From the NCBI GenBank assembly GCA_963703315.1, contig OY969811.1:1-64000 (forward strand): DNA of 64,000 nt, in the 5' to 3' direction. Shown here piece after piece: positions 38,882 through 48,015 of this stretch. Every line of letters begins with the position of its first letter. Position 1 is the first letter of the stretch. The DNA is from an uncultured cyanobacterium (lineage in GTDB: Bacteria; Cyanobacteriota; Cyanobacteriia; Pseudanabaenales; Pseudanabaenaceae). A program made the translations under genes and the position numbers. The notes beneath the pieces were generated by a model. That model made no database searches and was not told the DNA's origin. It saw only the letters and a list, made by a program, of their open reading frames with translations.

Positions 38882-41232
38882 CTTTTCCAGAAGAGCATAA
38901 TTCTGCAAAATCTGGTATCAAAATAGCGCAAAACATACAAACTGCTTTAGAAAATCCTGTGGCTGGTGGTGATATTAATGCACCCATCACACAGAAAATC
39001 GAGAACAACCCAAATAAGGTAGCTGAAAATATAGGGGTGCTGGCTCAGTCGGGTAGCAACGTAACTATTCAAAACCTGAATGTTGCTAGTAGCACACCAC
39101 AACTAGACGCTAATCCCTTTGCGCCGCCATCTGTGCGTGATAGTGGATTGTTTGGACGAGTGGACGATCTAAAACGATTGCATGAGTTGTTGCAAGGTGG
39201 AAAAAATGTCTGCGTGGTCACAGGTATGGGCGGTGCGGGCAAGACAGAACTGGTACGGGATTATGCGGGTAGTGCGGAATGTCGCGAGTTATTTGCGGGT
39301 GGGGTGTTTTATGTAGTTGTGCGCGATCGCCAAAATTTAGCGGCGGAAATTGTCACTTTGACTGAATGGCGGTTTAAGAGTCCGTTGCCCAAAAATTTGA
39401 CACTGAAACAGCAAGTTAAGGCTTGTTGGGATGTATGGAAACGTCAAAATGTAAAGTCATTGTTGATTTTAGATGATGTGTCTAAGTTGGCGGAGAATGT
39501 GAAACCCTATTTGCCAACCTCAGATTTGACATCGTTGCGCCTATTGATGACTTCGCGGGAAAGCCCAGACAGTGCTATTCAAAAGTTAGAACTACAGGAG
39601 TTATTGCCTGATCCTGCAAGGGAATTTTTGGCTTCAATTATTGGGGCGGCGCGGGTAGAACAGGAAAGCGAGCAAGCCGATTTGCTCTGTGAGGATTTGG
39701 GGTATTTGCCTTTGGCGTTGGAACTAGTGGGCTATTACTTGATAGATGATGACAATACTGAATTGTCACTGGCAGCGATGCGGGGCAAGTTACAGGAAAA
39801 GGTAAATCATGCTTCTCTCTCTCCTGAAGATATGCCGATGGGGATAGCTGCGGAAAGAGGTGTGATGGCTGCGTTTGACTTGAGTTGGGAGGAGTTGAAA
39901 ACAGAAGCGCAATATCTCGCCTGTGTATTAGGGGCATTTGCATCGGCTCCGATAGATTGGAGTCATGTGGAAGGCATATATGTTAAGTCGCAAGGAGAAG
40001 CATTTAATCCTGATAATCTAAAAGAGCGCTGGTTAAAATCCTTACTGAAACTACATTTAGTCAAGAAAACAGAGTCAGGTATTTTCGTTCTACATTCTCT
40101 CCTACGAGACTATTTTACTTCACAACTAAATAAGCATAGTGATCGAAGCCAAATTTTGTCTTCTTTTATCGCTGTCTTTGTCGATGTAGCAAAAATTATC
40201 GAGTTATATACAACTCTCGCAATTTTCAAACGACTCGAACCCCAACTTAAACAAATCATCTCTCTTCAAAATAACAAGGAAGATCCGCAACTTGCTATTT
40301 GCTTGAATGGCTTGGCAGGACTATATCAATCGCAAGGTAAGTACGGAGAAGCAGAACCACTCTTTGTTCATGCTCTATTGATTCGGGAAAAAAGACTAGG
40401 AGCATATCATCCCAATGTTGCAACCAGCCTTAACAATCTAGGATTACTGTACGAATCGCAGGGGAAGTATAGAGACGCAGAATTGTTCTATTTGCGATCA
40501 ATCGAAATTTATACAAGACAATTTGGCGTAGACCATCTCACTATCGCAGACAGTTTTAATAATTTGGCAGAACTATACCATACGCAAGGAAGGTACAACG
40601 AGGCACAACCTCTTTTTGTAAAATCTCTTTTAATTTATGAAAAAGAACTTGGTGCAGATCATCTTAATGTTGCTATTGTTCTTAATAATTTGGCATTACT
40701 TTATCAAACTCAAAAGAAATATAGCAAAGCAGAACCACTATTTGTAAAATCACTCTCAATCAGGAAACTGAGACTAGGAGTAGACAATTTGCTTGTCGCT
40801 ACTAGTCTAAATAATTTGGCATTACTTTATAAAGATCAAGGGAAGTACAACGAGGCAGAACCACTCTTCGTGCAATTACTTGAGATTTTAAGAGGACAGC
40901 TAGGAGAAAAACATCCTACCTTTGCTAATAGTCTAAACAATCTGGCATCACTTTACGATTTGCAGAAAAAGTATAGTGAGTCAGAACCTCTATATGTTCG
41001 ATCACTCGAAATTAAAAAACTTACATATCAAGGAGATCACCCTGAAATTGCAATAAGCATGAACAATTTAGCACTATGTTATAGATTTCAAGGAAACTAC
41101 GGCAAGGCAGAACAGTTCTATGTAGGAGCGATCCAGATTCTTGAACAAACATTTGGCTCTAATCATCCCAGCACGATACAAGTGAGCGAAAACTATAGGC
41201 TCTTACGCAATGCAATGTATGAATCCTCATAA
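38842..41232 (+). CDS. NB-ARC/STAND NTPase with C-terminal TPR repeats (bacterial NLR-like)
   Basis: Walker A 'GMGGAGKT', Walker B 'LLILDDV', 'LMTSR', 'GYLPLAL', ~7 'SLNNLA.LY..QGKY.EAEPL' TPRs; no ATG before the P-loop. Confidence 0.9.
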   Translation: MDKKGGSRSPKKVAFPEEHNSAKSGIKIAQNIQTALENPVAGGDINAPITQKIENNPNKVAENIGVLAQSGSNVTIQNLNVASSTPQLDANPFAPPSVRDSGLFGRVDDLKRLHELLQGGKNVCVVTGMGGAGKTELVRDYAGSAECRELFAGGVFYVVVRDRQNLAAEIVTLTEWRFKSPLPKNLTLKQQVKACWDVWKRQNVKSLLILDDVSKLAENVKPYLPTSDLTSLRLLMTSRESPDSAIQKLELQELLPDPAREFLASIIGAARVEQESEQADLLCEDLGYLPLALELVGYYLIDDDNTELSLAAMRGKLQEKVNHASLSPEDMPMGIAAERGVMAAFDLSWEELKTEAQYLACVLGAFASAPIDWSHVEGIYVKSQGEAFNPDNLKERWLKSLLKLHLVKKTESGIFVLHSLLRDYFTSQLNKHSDRSQILSSFIAVFVDVAKIIELYTTLAIFKRLEPQLKQIISLQNNKEDPQLAICLNGLAGLYQSQGKYGEAEPLFVHALLIREKRLGAYHPNVATSLNNLGLLYESQGKYRDAELFYLRSIEIYTRQFGVDHLTIADSFNNLAELYHTQGRYNEAQPLFVKSLLIYEKELGADHLNVAIVLNNLALLYQTQKKYSKAEPLFVKSLSIRKLRLGVDNLLVATSLNNLALLYKDQGKYNEAEPLFVQLLEILRGQLGEKHPTFANSLNNLASLYDLQKKYSESEPLYVRSLEIKKLTYQGDHPEIAISMNNLALCYRFQGNYGKAEQFYVGAIQILEQTFGSNHPSTIQVSENYRLLRNAMYESS

Positions 41233-41305
41233 ATTTGGCACAAAACTCTATAACAGTAAGGCATATAAAACGATACCAATCCTCAAAGTAACAGAAGAAA
41301 AATAT

Positions 41306-41626
41306 ATGAAAACCAAAGATATTTCGGCTAAATCTATGAATGTACTTAAATTGCGATCTAATCACCCAGAATCGATCAAGGAAATGATCGAAAGTGACCT
41401 CGCTAAAAGGTTACAAATCATTGAAGTAGCAATACAAACTACCCACAAAAAACTAAAACAGTTTGAATCCCAATATCAGTGGTCAACTGAAAAATTCGTT
41501 AATCTCTTCACCAGTGATCAATTGCAACATAGTCTAGATTTTGATGAATGGCTAGGAGAAGCGTGGATGTTAGAAAAATTGCAACAAAAACAAGCAATCA
41601 TCAAGGAGATCGAATTTGTTGATTGA
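41306..41626 (+). CDS. Putative antitoxin partner of the DUF6516 protein (TumA-like)
   Basis: Small acidic ORF 'LKQFESQYQWST..F....LDFDEW' overlapping the next gene. Confidence 0.6.
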   Translation: MKTKDISAKSMNVLKLRSNHPESIKEMIESDLAKRLQIIEVAIQTTHKKLKQFESQYQWSTEKFVNLFTSDQLQHSLDFDEWLGEAWMLEKLQQKQAIIKEIEFVD

Positions 41627-42005
41627 TAACTATTTTGAACGCATTAGGAGTGTACTTTCCCAGCCTTCAATTATTCAAAAAGTTGAACTTGAGACAGAAA
41701 AGCGCACAGATACACTTGGTTTTATTAGAGGTAATGTCTATTTTAAAGATGGCTCATTACTGCATATTCGAGAATTTGTTGATGTAGAAACATCCATTGA
41801 CAGAGGCAAATATACTTATCAGTACATGAATAAAGAAGGCGATCTAATTTTTCGTTATGACAATGCTCTCCATCATCAAAAGCTAAACCTGTCAACATTT
41901 CCCCACCACAAACATGATCGCCATGAAGACAATATAGTTATTTCGACTGCTCCTTTACTAGAGGCTATTTTCCAAGAAATAGAAAGAATTATAAGCCAAT
42001 ATTAA
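41616..42005 (+). CDS. DUF6516 family protein (TumE-like toxin)
   Basis: 'KYTYQY...IFRYDNALHH..LSTFPHHKH'. Confidence 0.75.
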   Translation: MLIDNYFERIRSVLSQPSIIQKVELETEKRTDTLGFIRGNVYFKDGSLLHIREFVDVETSIDRGKYTYQYMNKEGDLIFRYDNALHHQKLNLSTFPHHKHDRHEDNIVISTAPLLEAIFQEIERIISQY

Positions 42006-42099
42006 TAATGCCATCACCTATCCTGAAGCTGATCGCTATTCTAAGCAACCAGATTTAAAGGATTGTGCTGTAGCGATCGCTTCTTGTTAATTGCCTTAG
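42006..42099 (+). pseudogene. Degenerate duplicate of the narB 3' end
   Basis: Aligns with 38077-38170; translates NAITYPEADRYSKQPDLKDCAVAIA vs [25 protein letters not shown]. Confidence 0.85.
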
Positions 42100-42197
42100 T
42101 AGATTTGTAGCACCAAAGTGTTTCCCTAAGACTGATGTAAAATGAAAATATCAGTAGACTTGGTAGTGATGTTCCACTGATTTAGGAGATATATGCG

Positions 42198-42858
42198 ATG
42201 GAAGAATTGTTAGAACTTCAGGGATTTTTACTTGATGGCAATATCCATGAAGCTTTGCTGTTGGTTGAGGAAATGACGGAAATGAGCAAAGACGACAAGC
42301 TGAATAAAATCTCCAGTTTTGCCAAGCTCCTCTTGTTACATTTAACCCACATTCCGCTCGTAATGGAGGCCTAAAAATATTTACAACGAGACAATGAGGG
42401 TTTCAGCGATTTTCTGGAAAATTAATGATAATGACTCCTATTAGTACGTCATTATTGACAATATTAAGATAGTGTTATTTTTCTGACGAAAGCCCAAAAT
42501 ACTTACTGTATAAGGATTTGTTTTCTAAATATTTTTTTCAGTAAAATAAGAGCGGAATGTGGGTTTAATCAAACGCCAAGCAGAAGGAAGAACAACGAGA
42601 TCGTGGGATGCTTCCATTGAGAATGCTGTCTATGAAATTCAAAAAACCAATCGTCGCCGTAAAGCTGGTGGTAACTATCTATCAATCGAGGAATTGAGGG
42701 AAGCTATCAATGATGCCTATCGAGTGGCTTTGTCTGGTGCGGCGGCTGAGGCTTTTGGTGGTTGCTATACGGTGTCACAATTAGCCGCAATGGTTGATCG
42801 CAATACTATTGTCGATCAAGCGATCACCTTAATATTAGACTATCCAACTCCTCCATAA
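42198..42858 (+). pseudogene. DUF29-like gene interrupted by a MITE
   Basis: MEELLELQ...LLLLHL | IKRQAEGRTTRSW...; removing the insert restores a 145 aa ORF with AGGAG RBS. Confidence 0.85.
42346..42563. mobile_element. 218-bp MITE with 14-bp perfect terminal inverted repeats and 5-bp target duplication
   Basis: TTTAA-CCCACATTCCGCTC ... GAGCGGAATGTGGG-TTTAA. Confidence 0.92.
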
Positions 42859-43547
42859 ATCGCCAGTTTCTCATTACTAATCCACGCCCAAAGTTGATCA
42901 CCATAGGAGAAATGCCACCATTCATTAGGATGTCTCACAAATCCTCTATGGGTCATCACTTCGTTTAATAATTGCCGATCGCGATGAAACTCCACCGCTT
43001 GAGCATTACGGAAACTTGCAAAATAATCTGGTAAAGAGCGAGCGCTAATTTCATCAATTGGCGAACCCATATTTATTTCTTGCATAGAGTCCCCATTAAA
43101 GGTAGAGACTCTATACAGGGTGACATCGATCGCTGCACCCGTACTGTGAGGCGGCGGCGTTTTTGGGTCATGGCTAGGAATTGCCCAAAACTTCATCACT
43201 TCTGTCATGAGTGAATTTTTTTGCTCTTCAGAAAGAGAATCAACTTTTAATCCCTTACTTTCTACTAACTGAGTGAAACTGTAATCCACCATAAACTGCT
43301 GCACAGGAATCGGGCGATAAGCATCAAAAATGGCAATTTGATAATTAGGGCAAATCGTTTGCAAATAGGCTTGGGATTTTTGCAATCTTTCTAAAATGCC
43401 TTGACGTACAAAAAAAGGAGAGCGATCGCCATAGGGTGCGCCCAATGATATGTATGGATGCGGAGCGATGGTGATGATCTCTGCGGCGATTGCGACAAGT
43501 TGCTCACCACATTCTGCGATCGGAATACTTTGATAGGGTTTGATCAA
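42840..43547 (-). CDS. D-alanyl-D-alanine dipeptidase (VanX/M15D)
   Basis: 'FDAYRP', 'PPHSTGAAIDVTL', 'EWWHFSYGD'. Confidence 0.92.
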   Translation of the reverse strand: MIKPYQSIPIAECGEQLVAIAAEIITIAPHPYISLGAPYGDRSPFFVRQGILERLQKSQAYLQTICPNYQIAIFDAYRPIPVQQFMVDYSFTQLVESKGLKVDSLSEEQKNSLMTEVMKFWAIPSHDPKTPPPHSTGAAIDVTLYRVSTFNGDSMQEINMGSPIDEISARSLPDYFASFRNAQAVEFHRDRQLLNEVMTHRGFVRHPNEWWHFSYGDQLWAWISNEKLAIYGGVG

Positions 43548-43663
43548 TGATTTTATGGATTTATATTTAGGTTGCTAATTTTTAAGAAAATTAATAATTT
43601 TTTCGGATCTTGTAAATCTTATTTAATGATATCTTAGGCTCATTCAGCGCAGAGATAACTCGA

Positions 43664-44647
43664 ATGAAAATCGTGTCTAAAGTTGCAGCTTCAGTGACTG
43701 TTTTAGGGTTGCTTATATCAACCCCTTTTTTTGTCCCTACAGATATCTATGCTCAAGGCGTACAACAGCGCAAACAGGCTAAAAAACGTGTAGCTGTGCT
43801 TGACTTTGAATTTGCTAGCACAGGTCTAACAGGCTCCCAATTTAGTCTATTTGGTACTGGTGGTCCTTCTAAAGGAGTCAGCGATCTGATCACTAATAGT
43901 TTAGTGAAAGATGGAACTTATACCGTAATTGAACGTAGTCGCATCGATCAGATTTTTAAAGAACAGAATCTAGGTGCATCAGGACGGATTGAGCCAACGA
44001 CAGCAGCACAGATTGGGCGGGCTTTGGGAGCCGATGTCTTAATTATTGGGACAGTCACCCGATTTAATCTAGCATCAAGTACTTCTGGTGGCGGATTTTT
44101 AGGATTTGGTAGTACGAATACTACCAATGTAGCGGAAGTTAAGCTAACTGCCAGAGTAGTGGGTACGACCACTGGTGAAATCTTAGTTGTGGCTGACGGT
44201 GAAGGCAAAGAAGAACAGAATGATAGTTCTGTCTCTATTGGTGGTTTGGGTGGCGGAGGTTCTACTACAAACAATACCGATCGCCTACTAAGTGCTGCCG
44301 CCGAAAAGGCAGTTGGGCAAGTTGTTTCTCAACTGGCAAGTGCTGCACCTAAGCTCGCTGCTGTTGCTACTGTTGTACCGAATGTTAGTGCCTTAGTTGC
44401 CGATGTCACTGGCAATCTTGTTACCCTTAATAAAGGTGCTAAGGATGGATTTACCCCCGGGTTAATTGTTTCTGTGGAGCGTGTTGTCAAAGAAGTAAAA
44501 GATCCCTCTACTGGCAAAGTATTGCGGGTAATTTCTAACTCTGTGGGACGGATTCAGCTTACAGAAGTAGATGGAGGCTCTTCTCTCGGCAAGATTATAA
44601 GCGGCGGCGGCTTTAACGTTGGTGATATCGCGAAGCCCGTTGAGTAG
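43664..44647 (+). CDS. CsgG/HfaB family protein with C-terminal beta domain
   Basis: 'KKRVAVLDF', 'VIERSRIDQIFKEQ', 'AAQIGRALGAD..IIGTVT'. Confidence 0.85.
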   Translation: MKIVSKVAASVTVLGLLISTPFFVPTDIYAQGVQQRKQAKKRVAVLDFEFASTGLTGSQFSLFGTGGPSKGVSDLITNSLVKDGTYTVIERSRIDQIFKEQNLGASGRIEPTTAAQIGRALGADVLIIGTVTRFNLASSTSGGGFLGFGSTNTTNVAEVKLTARVVGTTTGEILVVADGEGKEEQNDSSVSIGGLGGGGSTTNNTDRLLSAAAEKAVGQVVSQLASAAPKLAAVATVVPNVSALVADVTGNLVTLNKGAKDGFTPGLIVSVERVVKEVKDPSTGKVLRVISNSVGRIQLTEVDGGSSLGKIISGGGFNVGDIAKPVE

Positions 44648-44658
44648 CTAGTTAAAAC

Positions 44659-44709
44659 AAACCGAAAATAGAGTTGCAACGCTTTGCGTTGCAACTCTAT
44701 TTTCGGTTT
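44659..44709. repeat. 24-bp perfect hairpin (family A-like remnant; probable terminator)
   Basis: AAACCGAAAATAGAGTTGCAACGC-TTT-GCGTTGCAACTCTATTTTCGGTTT followed by TTTGTCCT. Confidence 0.75.
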
Positions 44710-44729
44710 TGGGTTTGTCCTCATAAAGG

Positions 44730-45173
44730 TTGAGAATGAAAAAAATTAGATGCAAGGCGGTATGTGTTTTTTCTTACCAGCAATCAATATTAGTTGCTAA
44801 GGATGCAGATCCTCAAAATGGCGCAACATTCTATGTGCCTCTTGGTGGAGGAATTGAATTTGGAGAGACAAGTCAAGCTGCAATCGTAAGAGAAATTCAA
44901 GAGGAAATCGGGGCTGAGATTGCAGATGTAAAATTTTTAGGGGTTTTAGAAAATTTGTTTTGGTATGGAGGAGCGCCATGTCATGAGGTGATATTTATCT
45001 ATGATGCCAAATTTGTCGATCTGAGTTTTTACAAAAAAGAATCAATTATTGGTCAGGAGACTAGCGGTTTAGAGATAATCGCTACATGGCAAAAGCTTGA
45101 TGATTTTCCAGCACAAGGCAGACTTGTGCCAGATGGGCTATTTGAGTTATTGACAATGCGACTTAATCACTAA
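44730..45173 (+). CDS. NUDIX hydrolase
   Basis: Nudix box 'GGGIEFGETSQAAIVREIQEEIG'. Confidence 0.92.
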   Translation: MRMKKIRCKAVCVFSYQQSILVAKDADPQNGATFYVPLGGGIEFGETSQAAIVREIQEEIGAEIADVKFLGVLENLFWYGGAPCHEVIFIYDAKFVDLSFYKKESIIGQETSGLEIIATWQKLDDFPAQGRLVPDGLFELLTMRLNH

Positions 45174-45339
45174 TAATGAGTAAATACACTTACTGTACAA
45201 AAGTTAACAAGTTTTCGGATATACTCCGCTAAACTTTTAGCCACGTTAATTCTGATGTGAGGAGGATAAGGCGATCGTTTCTACAACCAATTCAAACAAT
45301 GCAGGTACAACCAGCACTCTACAGTCAACAATACAATCT

Positions 45340-46719
45340 ATGCAATCGACGATGGATCTCGGCAACGCTTCACAAATCATTGAGCCAATCGAATTAACCA
45401 CGCTCGAATCTTCGCAAATGCCCCAAATCGAACCCAACGCCCCAGTCCTCCGCATCATCGGCAAAGCGCCATTATCTGGTCATGTCTCCATTAGCGGCGC
45501 AAAAAACTCGATTCTTGCCCTCATGGCAGGTACACTTTTATCATCTGAAGGCTGCCGTATTCGTAATGTCCCCTATCTCGCTGATGTGCAGCGCATGAGC
45601 GACATTCTTGAAGCCCTCGGTGTCAAAATTTCTCGCAATGGTGAAGTCCTCGATCTTGATACTAGTAATCTGACCAAAAATTCTGCACCTTACGAATTGG
45701 TCAGTAAAATGCGAGCGAGTTTCTTTGCCCTAGGTTCACTGTTGGCAAGACTCGGTTCTGCCAAGATGCCATTACCCGGAGGCTGTGCGATCGGAGCGCG
45801 TCCTGTCGAACTGCACGTTCGTGGTTTGCAAGCACTAGGTGCAGATGTCCAAATCGACCATGGTATCGTCATTGCCCATGCCAAGAGCCGTAATGGACGT
45901 TTGCAAGGCGCAAAAATTTATCTCGATTGCCCCAGTGTTGGTGCAACCGAAACCTTGATGATGGCGGCAACATTAGCCGAAGGTCAAACAATTATTGAAA
46001 ATGCTGCCCAAGAGCCTGAAGTGATCGATCTGGCGGATCTTTGCATTGCAATGGGTGCAAAAATTTATGGTGCTGGCACAAATACGATCATCATTGATGG
46101 TGTGGATAAGCTCCACTTTGCCGATTTTACTGCGATTCCCGATCGCGTTGAAGCGGCAACATTTATGGTCGCCGCCGCCATTACGCGATCGACTCTATCC
46201 ATGTCGCCCGTAATTCCTGCACACCTCACCGCCGCGATTTCTAAGTTGCAAGATATCGGTGTCACTGTACGGATTGATTCGCCAGATACGATTACGGTGA
46301 TTGGGGGCGATCGCTATCGGGCTGTGGATATCGAAACCTTGCCTTACCCCGGCTTCCCCACCGATATGCAAGCGCAGTTCATGGCATTGCTGACCATCTG
46401 CGAAGGCAATGGCGTAGTCACCGAGACTGTATTTGAAAACCGTTTACAGCACGTTGCCGAACTCAATCGGATGGGTGCAAATATTCGCCTCAAAAATAAT
46501 GTGGCAGTCGTCACAGGTGTTACGCAGTTGTCAGGCGCTCCTGTCATGGCTACTGATTTACGTGCTTCAGCCGCATTGGTCATCGCAGGACTAGCTGCCG
46601 ATGGTGAAACGACAGTGATGGGCTTGCACCACCTTGATCGCGGCTATGATCGCATCGAAGAAAAGTTACGCAAGGTCGGTGCAAAGCTCTATCGCACCAC
46701 AGAAACGGTAATTGCTTAA
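45340..46719 (+). CDS. murA: UDP-N-acetylglucosamine 1-carboxyvinyltransferase
   Basis: 'SGAKNS', '[11 protein letters not shown]', 'PGFPTDMQ', 'TDLRASA'. Confidence 0.97.
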   Translation: MQSTMDLGNASQIIEPIELTTLESSQMPQIEPNAPVLRIIGKAPLSGHVSISGAKNSILALMAGTLLSSEGCRIRNVPYLADVQRMSDILEALGVKISRNGEVLDLDTSNLTKNSAPYELVSKMRASFFALGSLLARLGSAKMPLPGGCAIGARPVELHVRGLQALGADVQIDHGIVIAHAKSRNGRLQGAKIYLDCPSVGATETLMMAATLAEGQTIIENAAQEPEVIDLADLCIAMGAKIYGAGTNTIIIDGVDKLHFADFTAIPDRVEAATFMVAAAITRSTLSMSPVIPAHLTAAISKLQDIGVTVRIDSPDTITVIGGDRYRAVDIETLPYPGFPTDMQAQFMALLTICEGNGVVTETVFENRLQHVAELNRMGANIRLKNNVAVVTGVTQLSGAPVMATDLRASAALVIAGLAADGETTVMGLHHLDRGYDRIEEKLRKVGAKLYRTTETVIA

Positions 46720-46721
46720 CA

Positions 46722-46766
46722 TCAAAATATTAGTAGCGGCGCGAAGCGCCGCTACTAATATTTTGA
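46722..46766. terminator. 21-bp perfect hairpin with GCGAAGC loop between convergent genes
   Basis: TCAAAATATTAGTAGCGGCGC-GAA-GCGCCGCTACTAATATTTTGA. Confidence 0.75.
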
Positions 46767-46770
46767 GCTT

Positions 46771-47787
46771 TTAAATTTTGAGTAACTCGATCGCTGATTC
46801 GGCGGCGGCAAGCCCTGAATGATAGGCAGCTTCGATATTTTTACCTGCACACCAATCACCAGCACAGACAAGGGCTAAAGGTATCGCCGTTGATAGGCAA
46901 GAAACCCCTAAAGACTCTTCGGCTAGGGCATAGCGCCAACGATGTACTTGCCACCATTCAGGATTGGCTAACCATTTTGCTAATAACTTGCCCACTTGAT
47001 TAAGCAAGGGTTTACCTGCAATTTCTAGATCAGGCTCTTCCATTGATTGTTTGGCAAACTCAGCAGTGCTTTGCAGCACAAAAACAGGTTGCGAGGATTT
47101 GTCAGGATGTTTGCTGCTATCGTAACTAATCCAGTCAAGAATCGGATCATTCACGCATCTAATTGCTTGCCATTCCACAGGCACAGCATTACTAGGATTA
47201 TAGCCAGCCATAATGGTGACGCTGGGTGCAAATTTGACAGATTGAACTGCTTGTAAAAAACTAGACGCGGGAGAAAGCACCTCCTCAAATACAGGTAGAA
47301 ACTGGGGTGCAGGCATAGTAGAGACGATCGCTTTAGTTTCTAGAACTTCTTGGCGATCGGTCAGTAATTGCCATCTAGTATCGTTGTGATTGACTCCAAT
47401 CACACGGGTATTGTTAATAATTGATAGTTCATTACTAAGGTATTTAGCGATCGCCGTCATCCCAAGAGGACAGCAATAGCGCGTATGTCGTTTGTCAGCA
47501 TCAGGAGGAAATAGACCTGCATCCGACAGTTGATAAACATTGCGAGTCCATTCCTGCACGATCTGCTTTTCTTGCAGTTTACGAATAAACCGATCAAAGC
47601 TATCGCTTTTGATCGATATTAACTGTGCGCCATGATCGACCCAAGTTCCTTGCAAGCGTCTAGTTGCCATCCTTCCGCCGACCCCTGCGGATTTTTCGAC
47701 TATGCTGACATCTAGACCTGCTTGTTTTAACTGTTGAGCGCAGATTAAGCCTGCCATACCTGCGCCGATCACGATTACATCTTTCAT
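46771..47787 (-). CDS. Renalase-like NAD(P)/FAD-dependent oxidoreductase
   Basis: 'IGAGMAG', 'GGRMATRR', 'DHGAQ', 'HRWRYA', 'AGDWC'. Confidence 0.9.
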   Translation of the reverse strand: MKDVIVIGAGMAGLICAQQLKQAGLDVSIVEKSAGVGGRMATRRLQGTWVDHGAQLISIKSDSFDRFIRKLQEKQIVQEWTRNVYQLSDAGLFPPDADKRHTRYCCPLGMTAIAKYLSNELSIINNTRVIGVNHNDTRWQLLTDRQEVLETKAIVSTMPAPQFLPVFEEVLSPASSFLQAVQSVKFAPSVTIMAGYNPSNAVPVEWQAIRCVNDPILDWISYDSSKHPDKSSQPVFVLQSTAEFAKQSMEEPDLEIAGKPLLNQVGKLLAKWLANPEWWQVHRWRYALAEESLGVSCLSTAIPLALVCAGDWCAGKNIEAAYHSGLAAAESAIELLKI

Positions 47788-47927
47788 AAAGTTTCAGTTC
47801 ATGCCTCTTGAAGAGCTTAGCTCATGTTGAATTAATCGCAACCATCAAAAATAGTTTTTCACCGCTATGGCGATGCAAAACTAGGTAGTTATGTAATTGT
47901 GTCGCAGCCACGAAGCACCCGTAACAC

Positions 47928-48015
47928 ATTAAAAACCAGAGCTAAAACCTGTGGCGCACGCGCAGCGTGCGCCACAGGTTTTAGGGTTTTATATCTAATT
48001 GCGCCTAGCTATTTA
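47928..48015. mobile_element. Family B MITE-like element (left-truncated; loop inverted)
   Basis: Same flanks as other B copies but loop GCA instead of TGC. Confidence 0.75.

Noticed and set aside
38383..38940. 185 aa antisense ORF
   Set aside because: Mirror of the 38387 gene with no recognisable motifs
42559..42858. Independent 99 aa gene
   Set aside because: Its GTG start lies in the MITE terminal repeat; it is the 3' half of the interrupted gene
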